From NCBI RefSeq assembly GCF_009914755.1, contig NC_060941.1: a stretch of 64,000 nt of DNA. One strand, 5' to 3'. Below the pieces are notes generated by a model, which saw only the letters and a program-made list of their open reading frames with translations, did no database searches and had not been told where the DNA came from. The position numbers were made by a program, and so were the translations under genes. Below, piece after piece: positions 49,958 to 63,100 of the stretch; positions within the stretch are counted from its first letter, which is position 1, and every line of letters starts with the position of its first letter. This DNA is from the human T2T-CHM13v2.0 reference genome, Homo sapiens.

Positions 49958-51735
49958 AGGGGGATCAGTGAGGGCCAGGAGAGGTAGACTGAGACGTTTG
50001 AGATGAAAGCACAAAGGGCGCACTCACCATGCAAATGGCCTTGCAGCGGAAGCCTGTTATCAGGAGCATCTGATGGGGTTTTTCAGGGTGGAAGCCAGCA
50101 CCCCGGGCAGCACAAGGCTTTCCCGGTTCCCAGGCAGCTGCCTGTAGTTGGCATGGCCCTGGCGTAATGCACTACTCCTGGACCCTCCAGCTAAGAGTCC
50201 AGACACACTGGCATTACCTGGTGCCCTAGAAACCACCTGCCTTGTCCTGTGCCACCCACCCACCACATCCTGGGGATAGCCTCTGCTGAAAGCATCAGAC
50301 CCTCTCAAGCAGAAACTAGGATGGGAGTAGGTGGAAGAACAGGGCTTGGGGTCCTCTTAGGTGATGAGAAAAGCTCTCCACCAACCTGGTCTTCCCCAAA
50401 CAGCCTGGAGTGCTCCCTGAGAGCTTCCTCTTGCCTCCTCCTCACCCCCAGGCCTCCTACAGGCAGGATGGGACTGGTCAAGATCAAGTTCTCACCTGCA
50501 TGGTACCAGGAGTTCTGATCTGGGTCCCTAAGCAGCTACTGGTGTTTCCTCAAGGAGGCAGGCCAGTGCAAAGCTTTCTCTTCCTTCCCCTTCTTGGGGC
50601 CTTGAGAGAGTCTGGAGGACTCCTGAGTCCAACCAACTTCCTTCCAGACTGTGAGCTTCTTGAGGGCAGGACCGTGTCCCAGCACAGTACCTGGCACATG
50701 GTAGATGCTCACTAATGACAAATACTTATCTGGAGCTTACTGTGTGCTCACTGCTCTCAGAGCATAGAGAGGTAAAGCACCTTGCCTAAGGTAGCACAAC
50801 TAGGAAGAGGTGGAGGTGGGATTTGAACCCAGGCAGTCTGGCTCCAGCCATCCCCTCTCATGAGTTAAGGTGTATTTGTTTGATGGAATGAGCTCAGTTG
50901 GTGAGGGGACAACCCTGAGGTCACCTCGGAGTGAGTCAGACCTAGGACCAGACTACCTAGGCCAGAACAGCCTTGGGGCATGAGATCCTTGGGCCCCACT
51001 CTCCAGGCAGGGGGTGGGTGATTACTGAAGGGTGAGGTCCCTGGGGTCCTGCTGACGGTGGACAGAGCAGTCTCCTGGGAGGCTTTTGCCAAAACCTGGG
51101 AGAGCCATCTTCTGCTTCCTTCAAGGTCACCCCAGCGGGGCAGCTTTAGCCACAATTGTGGGTGGGGTGTGTGTTGGAGAGTGTGAAAGGAGGTGGGGAA
51201 GGAGGTTCCAGGAGGATCAGAAGAGATCTGAGGGTGAGAGTGTGTGAGATGAAGCCCTGAGGGGCACCCTTGACTTCTCCCACTCTAGAGAAAGACAGGC
51301 TGGTCTGTCAAGTGGTTGGGGGTGTCCTGGGGTCCAAGCCAGAGGTCATCGCATGTGTGGAGGTGGGGGCTCTGGTTTTATGATGAACCTGACCACCAAG
51401 GACCATGGGGTGAAGGTGCAGAGAACAGAAGGGCACAGACTGGGGGCAGCAAGGGGAGGAGGCGGCCGCTGTTCACCTGGGGTCATTGCTTTCTTAATGG
51501 GAAAAGAGAGGCTGGAAGTTAGCCTGGGGAGCCTGAGACAGACAGGAATAGTGGAGGTAGCTGGGCCAAAGCAGGTGCAGCCTGATAGAGTGGTGGCCCC
51601 AGGAGGCTCAGGAGCACCTGAGTCAGGCAGTAGCCCCCAGCCCAGAAGAGCAATTAGCAAGTTGGCAAACAACCCTTCCTCTGCCCTTTAGTTCAGAACC
51701 CTGGTTACTTGTTTAACTGATCTGATAGCATCTCA

Positions 51736-52091
<356 letters not shown>

Positions 52092-52734
52092 CACCAAAAT
52101 AAACACATTTTTCTGGGTTCATAAGACTAAGGAAGCCCACTTGAATTTCTCCAGTTGTCCATCTTACCCCCTTGGCACTCAGCTAACTGTGGGTAATTGA
52201 GATTTCACAGAGGGACCCAGTGAGTGGTGTCTGCAGGGCTGGGATGCCAAACAGTATGACTTCTTCCAGGGGATGACGTTGTTCCTGCTGACCTCTGAGC
52301 AGGCTGAAGCCTGCCACACCCAGAATTATTCTGGGGTCTAGGAAGATACCTTCCCAGCAGAAGCCATGGGCTGAGCATGTGTCGGATAATTCACTGTTGA
52401 GGAAAATAGATGGTCATTTTCTAAATATGATGTCATGGTACTATTTCTTCAAAGGAAATACGATCCCAAACTGCAACACAGAAAATAAACAGAGGGAAAC
52501 TGGGTCTTTGAGGCCTCCCAGGCTGTCTTCATGGGCCCTGTGGGGTTCCCGAGGCAGTGCCAGGGAGCCTTCTTTGAGAGCAGCCCTGGGCAGACCAGGG
52601 CCCGGTGTGGCCTGAGGCCTCTGTGCGGTTGGCTACCTTTCCTGGTCATTAATCGCTACTAAGTGTCATTACCACTAATAAAATTAACCGACTTGATACT
52701 GGACTCTCTGAGCCATCAATCTCAGGGTCCATTA

Positions 52735-53010
52735 GATGAAATTTAAAAAACAGATGCCTCTGGGGTGGGGCCTGAGGATTTGCATTCCACAGAGCTCCAA
52801 GGCAACACTGGCCATGCAGAGCTGGGCACCGTTTGAGACCCATTGCTCCCTCCAGGGTCTCTTCCCCTGGGCATCGCGGACATTGTGGTTGGAGTGGAGC
52901 CGTTCTGGGCACTGCAGAGTGCTGGGCAGCGTCCCTGGTCTCCACCCACTCCATGCCAGAAGCACCAAAAACGAAAACAAAAATGAACAAACCAACAAAA
53001 ACCAGATGCC
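52735..53010. mobile_element. hAT-Charlie DNA transposon fragments (MER5A-like then MER20-like)
   Basis: GGGTGGGGCCTGAGGATTTGCATT..TTTGAGACCCATTG (MER5-like); CAGCGTCCCTGGTCTCCACCCACTCCATGCCAGAAGCACC (MER20-like); judged by eye. Confidence 0.55.
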
Positions 53011-53115
53011 TGTTGAATGAGTGGAGGGGTTTGCTGGGTCTGGCTCCCAAGTGCAGCCTAGGGAATTCTGGCACTCTTCACATGTCAGAGGTCATAATCA
53101 AGGATGATGCATTTA

Positions 53116-53473
<358 letters not shown>

Positions 53474-53627
53474 TGTTATATATCATGTCATATCATATGA
53501 CATATACTGTAGCTATAATGATATAATAATCATAGCTATTATTCTTAAAATGGCATTTGAGGCAGGTCTTGAAGGATATGCAGCTTCATTGGCCAAAATT
53601 TCCATCACTCCCTGCTTGCTCTCCCCT

Positions 53628-53941
53628 CTGTCAATCAGTTGCTATCAGGGAGGTCCAGTTTCTGAAACACAGGAATTGTGTGAGCAGAAGTCGCCACTCA
53701 CACCAGCCCTCGGTGTGAGAAGGAGGACATTTGAGGGCAAGGTAGCTGCAGCCCCCAAGCTGCCCTCCACACTGGAAGCCAGTCAAGGCGTGGCCTCCTC
53801 AGCTGGAGTTGACATCCAGTTCTTCTCTGGACCTGCCAAGGGTCAAACTCTGAGGATTTCCTGCCAGGCTGCAGGGAGGGGTTTGGGTGTAGACCTGGTG
53901 GACTGGAAAATTACCCATTTGCCCCCAGATTAATGATTAAC
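53628..53941. promoter_or_regulatory. Candidate WNT9B intron-1 enhancer (PBX-MEIS/PREP decamer and HNF1 site)
   Basis: CTGTCAATCA at 53628-53637; ATTAATGATTAAC at 53929-53941 (12/13 to GTTAATNATTAAC). Confidence 0.5.
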
Positions 53942-54370
53942 GGGTCCCTGCCCTCACCCTGTCTGGGAGAGGAGCCCAGGGCCAGGCTAGGCCAACGGGA
54001 GCCCGATAGCATCTGTCTCTGCTCGGAGGTTTCGGAGATATGCTCCATGATGGGTTGACTGCACCTGATGGGTGTGGAATCTACAGGTGATTTCTGAGGG
54101 CACCTGGGGCCTGGCCAGGCCGCATACCCTCTGGTGAGGCTTCCAACTTCTGGGGCATACAGAGAGGGCATGGCCTCCAGCCAGATGTCCTGGCTAAGGC
54201 AGGTGACTCCAAAGAGGAGAGCTGTGCCCTTGGCTCAGAGGAACATGGGCTTCTCTGACCACTCCTGGCTTGACCACAGGACTTACCTTGGCCAGTGGCA
54301 CATGAGCAACAGTGGCAAGTGCCACATCCAAGCAGGAGCTCTAAGAGACATTGCCTGCTTCCACCTTTGC

Positions 54371-54672
<302 letters not shown>

Positions 54673-55564
54673 CACCTTTGATCTTTTACCCTGGCTATGA
54701 GGCCAGGATATCCCAGAACAGGGTTACTTCTCTTGGGCTGGGTCCTGGAATGATGTATATTCCACCCACACTGGGGGCACCAGGATATAGGACAGCAAAC
54801 ATTTTGAACCAGCAGAGCCATCTCACAGAGAGCTTCTGGGAAGAGGGAAGACGAACTCTAATTCCAATTCCCACCCTGCTGCTGATCTGTTGTATGACCA
54901 GTCCAGTCACTGCCCCCTCGTAAATCCTTTGTTTCCTCATCTGGACAAAGGGGAGACTCTGCTTAGCTGGAGAGTAAAGCATCTTGCAAAATGAGGGAAG
55001 TTTGGGAAGCTCCAGCTAGCAGGAAGGTAGGCCTGCTTGTCCCAGGCACTGTGGTTAGTCCATTTCATATAATCCTCCCACCAACCCTAGGAGGTAGAGA
55101 AGATCACTCTGCCCAGTTTCCAGAAGGGAAAAAACCAAGGTGTCAAGATTGCATAGCTAGAACATCAGCCTTAGAATTTGGTAGCTTGGCTCCAGAATCG
55201 ATGAACTTTCAATCTAGGAGAACAAGAAGTCTGGGATTGATGGCCTGATGGGAATTCAGCTCCTTCACCTTCATCTAACCATCCATCAGTCCTTCCTTCC
55301 TTCCCTTCTCTTTCCTTCCATCCCCTTCTCTCCCCAGGCATCTGTTTGTACCAGGCACCAGGTGGTCAGATGGTTGAAGGTCTATCTGGGAATTATGGAA
55401 ACATGTTAGATTGGTACAGGATTACTTGGGCAGCAGCATAATGTAAGGGAGAGAGGGATGTCAGGGGACCTTGGCTGGGTGTCCGCTCAATGTCCACATC
55501 CCCTCTGCCTGCCCCCTCTCAGGAATGTGGCTCTCTTGGCCAGGCAGCCACCAATACTCTGTGC

Positions 55565-55725
55565 ATTATTTCCCAAACTTCCCGGATCACAAAAGCTGCC
55601 TAGGGACTGTGGTAAATGTACAGATTCCCAGGCCCAATTCCAAACCAATAGACCCAGAATTGCCCAGCATGGATCCTGGGAAAGCGTATTTTTAATAAGC
55701 ACCCCAGATGATTTTTCTAACTGGG
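55565..55725. mobile_element. MER5-like DNA transposon fragment
   Basis: TTCCCAAACTT..CAGATTCCCAGGCCC..TATTTTTAATAAGCACCCCAGATGATT. Confidence 0.5.
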
Positions 55726-55982
55726 CCAATAGGGAAATAGGAAAATAGGGTGGATAAGAAGAGCAGAGACCGGAATCTGGAAAACAGGTTTAAGGTCCTG
55801 CAGCAACCTTTGTTACATGAACCTTGGTTTCCTAATCTGTAAAATGGGGACGGGACCTCCAGCGGGTCAGCCTGCTGCCCAGAAGGGCAGTAAATGAAGC
55901 CCCTGAGGAGGCCCCTTCCCTTCATTTGCCCCTCACCACCATCCCCAAGGCTCACCTGTCTCCCTCCTCTCGCTCTCTCTAG

Positions 55983-56239
55983 CCTGACCGGGCGGGAAGT
56001 CCTGACGCCCTTCCCAGGATTGGGCACTGCGGCAGCCCCGGCACAGGGCGGGGCCCACCTGAAGCAGTGTGACCTGCTGAAGCTGTCCCGGCGGCAGAAG
56101 CAGCTCTGCCGGAGGGAGCCCGGCCTGGCTGAGACCCTGAGGGATGCTGCGCACCTCGGCCTGCTTGAGTGCCAGTTTCAGTTCCGGCATGAGCGCTGGA
56201 ACTGTAGCCTGGAGGGCAGGACGGGCCTGCTCAAGAGAG
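55983..56239 (+). CDS. WNT9B: WNT9B exon 2 (257 nt)
   Basis: Pyrimidine tract plus TAG acceptor; LTGREVL..ECQFQFRHERWNCS Wnt motif (N99 sequon); donor AG|GTGGGG. Confidence 0.97.
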
Positions 56240-56550
56240 GTGGGGAGGAGGGCTAGGGGACGGGGAGGGCTGGGGGAAGAAGCCTTCAGGGAGGAGGAGG
56301 CTGGGAGAGGCTGCCCTTTCCTTTTTCCTGGCTCCCGTGCCCAGGCCACACTGCCCTTCCTGCCCTAGCACGGTCCCAAATGAGAAGAGTCACAAGAGTT
56401 AATGAGGGGCAGTTGAAGGCCAGCTGTGGCCCAGCCTCAGGTTTGGGGGAGCAGAGGAGCAAGGAAGATCCAAGAGAGGAGGAGACACAAGCCTATTCCT
56501 GGAGGAGCTCACAGATAAGATGGGGTCCCCCAGTTGTCTCCCTCTGCCTC

Positions 56551-56552
<2 letters not shown>

Positions 56553-56597
<45 letters not shown>
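56553..56597. repeat. (CA)~22 microsatellite
   Basis: CA run. Confidence 0.95.
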
Positions 56598-56599
<2 letters not shown>

Positions 56600-56940
56600 A
56601 ACAAGGCACATGAAGACGTGAGGATGGGCGGCAGCTGATTCCAGGCCCGATGACACGAGCCAGGCGATGCATTTGTTCACTCCTTTATCTGTCCCTTTGT
56701 TTGTCACATCCATCGATCCATCAGTCCCTCCTTCCCTTCCACTCCCATTCTACCTCCCTCCCCACTCCACCCACCCACTAAGCATCCATGGAGGCCCATA
56801 GTGAGCCAGGCACTGTGCCAGATCCTGGAGGTTCAGAGCTGAACCAGACCCAGCTACCCTCGGGAAGCATGCAGTCTGGAAGGGAGAACACAGGTCACCA
56901 TGTGACTCCCTTGCCAAGGGGAAAGGGCTTTTGACAGGGA

Positions 56941-58442
<1,502 letters not shown>

Positions 58443-58564
58443 GCCCATCACAGCGCTGCCACCACCGCCTCTGGCCCTCAGAGGGCGGCAGGCAACCTCT
58501 AAGCTTCCTCCTTTCCTCTCTTCCCCCTTTCCTCCCTCCCTATGCCCCTGGGTGCCCGATCCAG

Positions 58565-58830
58565 GCTTCAAAGAGACAGCTTTCCTGTACGCGGTGTCCT
58601 CTGCCGCCCTCACCCACACCCTGGCCCGGGCCTGCAGCGCTGGGCGCATGGAGCGCTGCACCTGTGATGACTCTCCGGGGCTGGAGAGCCGGCAGGCCTG
58701 GCAGTGGGGCGTGTGCGGTGACAACCTCAAGTACAGCACCAAGTTTCTGAGCAACTTCCTGGGGTCCAAGAGAGGAAACAAGGACCTGCGGGCACGGGCA
58801 GACGCCCACAATACCCACGTGGGCATCAAG
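58565..58830 (+). CDS. WNT9B: WNT9B exon 3 (266 nt)
   Basis: CAG acceptor; [34 protein letters not shown]; donor AAG|GTGAGC. Confidence 0.97.
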
Positions 58831-59388
58831 GTGAGCATGTCCCTGGCTGCCCGCAGTGCCTTCCCACCAGGGTACACAGCTGGGGAGCATGGCTTGAAGG
58901 AGGCCAGCACCCCACTCCCCAAAATACATGAAGAGCCGTGAACTTCATAAAGGCAGGATGAACTTCACGTCTTCAACCAGCATTCCCTTGGCATCTACTC
59001 TGGGCTGTGACTGGGTGCCAGGAACACAGCGGAAGCATGGAAGGGTCATGAGTGTCATTGGTGGAAGCAGTGGTCACCAGTGGGAGCCAGGCTTAGGACT
59101 AGGTCTGGTGAAGCAGGGACATGTTTGGAGAGGGGTCTCCATTCCAAGGACCAGGCCTTCCTGGAGGTCCTGGAAGCCCAACATTGTTTGAAAACCTCCA
59201 TCTAGAGCAACTGCCCACTTCTCCATTTTATGGGTGGGAAGATGGAAGTGGCCCAGAGAAGGGAAGGGGCTGAGGTTACACAGTAGTGGGAGGTCTGGAG
59301 GGTGAAAAGTATCTTGGTCTATTGAGGGGAGGAGGCTGGGAGACACCAGTGCTCTAGCTGTTTATGAGATTAAGTTCTGAGTTGTCAT

Positions 59389-59534
59389 CACTGAGTTGTG
59401 AACCGGGGCTGCTGTGTTCAATCATTGAGTTGGTGTGAACCGGGGCTGCTGTGTTCAGTCACTGAGTTGGTGTGAACCGGGGCTGCTGTGTTCAGTCACT
59501 CAGTTGGTGTGAACTGGGACTGCTGTGTTCAGTC
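59389..59534. repeat. 37-bp minisatellite, ~4 copies (CACTGAGTTGGTGTGAACCGGGGCTGCTGTGTTCAGT)
   Basis: Direct head-to-tail repeats without spacers, in WNT9B intron 3. Confidence 0.95.
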
Positions 59535-59708
59535 GCGTAAGTTGTCTATTCCACAAGAACTCCAGGCCAAGGGGAGGAGCTGGGGCTGAGACCCTGGGTC
59601 TCTTTCCCATTCTCCTGCCTCTGCCCTGCTGGGGTTGGTGCTCTGGGGGCAGGCTCTGGCTGCTGGGCCCAGGCCTCTGACCACGCCTCTGTTCTGCCTC
59701 CCCCACAG

Positions 59709-60182
59709 GCTGTGAAGAGTGGCCTCAGGACCACGTGTAAGTGCCATGGCGTATCAGGCTCCTGTGCCGTGCGCACCTGCTGGAAGCAGCTCTCCCCGTT
59801 CCGTGAGACGGGCCAGGTGCTGAAACTGCGCTATGACTCGGCTGTCAAGGTGTCCAGTGCCACCAATGAGGCCTTGGGCCGCCTAGAGCTGTGGGCCCCT
59901 GCCAGGCAGGGCAGCCTCACCAAAGGCCTGGCCCCAAGGTCTGGGGACCTGGTGTACATGGAGGACTCACCCAGCTTCTGCCGGCCCAGCAAGTACTCAC
60001 CTGGCACAGCAGGTAGGGTGTGCTCCCGGGAGGCCAGCTGCAGCAGCCTGTGCTGCGGGCGGGGCTATGACACCCAGAGCCGCCTGGTGGCCTTCTCCTG
60101 CCACTGCCAGGTGCAGTGGTGCTGCTACGTGGAGTGCCAGCAATGTGTGCAGGAGGAGCTTGTGTACACCTGCAAGCACTAG
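59709..60182 (+). CDS. WNT9B: WNT9B exon 4 coding part (474 nt, to TAG)
   Basis: CAG acceptor; Wnt signature CKCHGVSGSC (lipidation Ser216), C-terminal Cys cluster CCGRG..CHCQVQWCCYVECQQC; total CDS 1074 nt = 357 aa. Confidence 0.98.
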   Translation, partial: AVKSGLRTTCKCHGVSGSCAVRTCWKQLSPFRETGQVLKLRYDSAVKVSSATNEALGRLELWAPARQGSLTKGLAPRSGDLVYMEDSPSFCRPSKYSPGTAGRVCSREASCSSLCCGRGYDTQSRLVAFSCHCQVQWCCYVECQQCVQEELVYTCKH

Positions 60183-63100
60183 GCCTACTGCCCAGCAAGC
60201 CAGTCTGGCACTGCCAGGACCTCCTGTGGCACCCTTCAAGCTGCCCAGCCGGCCCTCTGGGCAGACTGTCATCACATGCATGCATAAACCGGCATGTGTG
60301 CCAATGCACACGAGTGTGCCACTCACCACCATTCCTTGGCCAGCCTTTTGCCTCCCTCGATACTCAACAAAGAGAAGCAAAGCCTCCTCCCTTAACCCAA
60401 GCATCCCCAACCTTGTTGAGGACTTGGAGAGGAGGGCAGAGTGAGAAAGACATGGAGGGAAATAAGGGAGACCAAGAGCACAGCAGGACTGAAATTTTGG
60501 ACGGGAGAGAGGGGCTATTCCATCTTGCTTCCTGGGATGAATGGCTTGGAGCCAGCATGTTCTTGGGAGGTGAACTGCTGGGCTAGGAATGCCAAGGCAG
60601 GCAGTGCCAGCTGGAAGTGAAGGCGGGAGCCTGGCTGAGATGGGTCAATCGGGTCCTGTGGCCCTGCTCAGGTGCAGTGGGCTCCAGGTGTCACACACCT
60701 CCACCACTCCCCTGGTTTTGCTGTGCCAGAGATGGGGAGAAAGCACAGGTGGTAGAAGCCATCCGTTCAGAGAAAGGAGAGCTTTCTGTGCTTGAGTGGA
60801 CCCGAGTGAGATCTGTGCCCTGGAGCCCTGTGTCCTTGATTTGGCTTTTCAAATATGCCTCCGCTGAGGCCTCATTCTTGTCTCGAGAGCTGGGTTATGC
60901 ACACTCACCCAGCCGTGCTCAAAACTACCACCAGTGCAGGTAAGACAGGTGGGAGAACTAGCCACCAAGGCGGGACTCAGTGCACCTGAGGTTGAACAGG
61001 GAGACAACGGCCCCTCCCTGTGTTCCCTGCTGGCCAAAGGAATCTTCACTCCCAGCGCAGAGGAGGAGGGCAACAGCTTCCTGGTGCCTGGCAGTGACGT
61101 GGCGAGCTCAGTTTCTCAGCTGGCTCTTGAGTGAGCTTTGGTGACTTCCTGTGGCTGGGGCCTGCCTGGTCTGTGACACCCCCATACCAGCTGAGTTCAC
61201 AATACTGAAGAACAGCTGGCTCACGAGCTATGACTTGAAGTTACATTTCTATTCTTGTGGCTGCTCATCTAGTTAAGGCTTTTGCCCTGGCTGGGGTTAT
61301 AGGTGCTTGAGTCCTTGCTAAGCCTGGCTCCTGGGTAGCCTCCTTCAGTTCCTAATGGCCTCTCACTTGGCCCTCACTTTGGCTCTTACTTGAGGAGGAG
61401 ACGTGACTTTGATAATTTCCTCAGATCCTGTGGACATTTTCAGCAGCACCTGCCAAGGCCCTCTGTGAAAGGAGGAGAGACTGGTACCTCCACACAGGCA
61501 CACATGGATGCACAGCCCCTGGACCAGGCTGGGGGTTCCTGTTGCACATGCCTCTCTTGTTCAGGATGAAGACCTTGCAGGGGTCCCCTTGCTGGAGGCA
61601 TTGTACTTCCCCAGAGTGGGGCCCGATGCCACCCAGGAGGAAGTGACTTCTTTCGGGAAGCCCTTGGCCACTTTGCTGGCCCTGCCACGCCCATCTGTCA
61701 GCTTCCTTTCTCCCTAAACCTAGAGTTGCTGACCCTTCACCAACACAGGAAATTTCAGAATCAGCTGAATGCTCAGAAACCTCGCCTGTGCCAGCTCCAG
61801 GACAAAGGCCCGCTGACTGTGCCCTGGCCAACTCCCTGAGACCTCCAAGGGCGAGGAGGAGCTGCCCAGTCTCCAGTGGATCAGGGCAGTCTGCTGGATG
61901 CTGGAAGGATTTTTGACTGCAGAGGCCCGGCTGAGAAGCCAAACTGACCTGAGCCCCTCTCGTTAAAATGACATTGCTGACCCAAGCACCTGGCCCACAC
62001 CTTGGCAGCAGGAGAAAAATGGGGAGAGGGCTGGTTTTCTCCTTTCTTCCACTTCCCCACAGCATGGAGATTTTCTCTGCCTTCCCAATCCATCTTGCTC
62101 CTCCGAGACCCCAACTCTGCCTCCACCCAGGCTCAGTGCTGGGCGTAAGGCAGCAGGGACCTCACTGGCAGAGCAGGGGGCCTGGGAGCAACGTGGAGGC
62201 CAGAGCACCCTGATCCACCAACATGCCACCTGCATTCTGACTTCATGGCTGGCAGTGCCAGGGTCGTGGGAGGGCAAAGGGCAGGCTCTAAGGCATCTAG
62301 GCAGTGGCTGGCTGCTAACATGGACACCCCAAGTCAATGGCACAGTGCAGGTTCTGAGGGCTCCTTGGCTTGTGGGGTCTTCTCTGTCTGTCTCTCTCCC
62401 TCTCTTCTTCCTTGCTCTCATCCCTTTCTTTTCCAGTTACCCCTGAAGACCCACCTCGGCCCTCTTGGGGCCCCTGGGGACTAGAGTGACCACTGACCCC
62501 TCATTCTACAGCTTTAAGGGAAATGCTCACAGGGTATTTTTGTCTACCTCAAATATATAGTTTTTAGAGCAAAGGAGAATAATTTATATAGCTAAGATAT
62601 ATGAGAAAGTATTTATATTATTTATATAGTTGCTATATTTCACAGACAGCACAGGTGGGGTTTGTGTATTTTCCCGGAAACCCTCTGTCTGGGGAGATAC
62701 AGCCTGACCTGACCGGGTCCCCCACTGAGCAGGAGGCCGGGTCGCTGGGAAGGAGGACAAACCTGTATTCCATGACTGGGTCTGTCTCGGAGCTGGTAAG
62801 CACATGTCCGCTCTGTGATGAGCCCTGGTGGGCTCCATCCAGACCCTCCTTGTGATGTTTTTGTAGATTTTCTGCCCTTCTGGGTCCAGGCCCCCTTCTT
62901 CTGCTCTGGCAAAAGTGTCTTACTCATAATGATAATGACAACGAGAATTCCCACACCTGGCATTTGTAAAGCACTTTGCTATTTAGAAACAAAAACTTTT
63001 ACCCCTTTCATCTCACTTGATTTCTCCGTTATCTCTGTGAGGTAGGTGGGGCCACATTACTGTGGCCATTTTATAGATGAGGTCCAGAGATGGAGAGCTG

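Noticed and set aside
53485-53503. Perfect short palindrome ATGTCATAT-C-ATATGACAT
   Set aside because: Lies in AT-rich low-complexity sequence just after an Alu tail; likely slippage-derived
59389-59534. 37-bp repeats with internal palindrome resembling a CRISPR array
   Set aside because: Units are directly adjacent with no unique spacers, there are no cas genes, and the context is a human intron; it is a minisatellite
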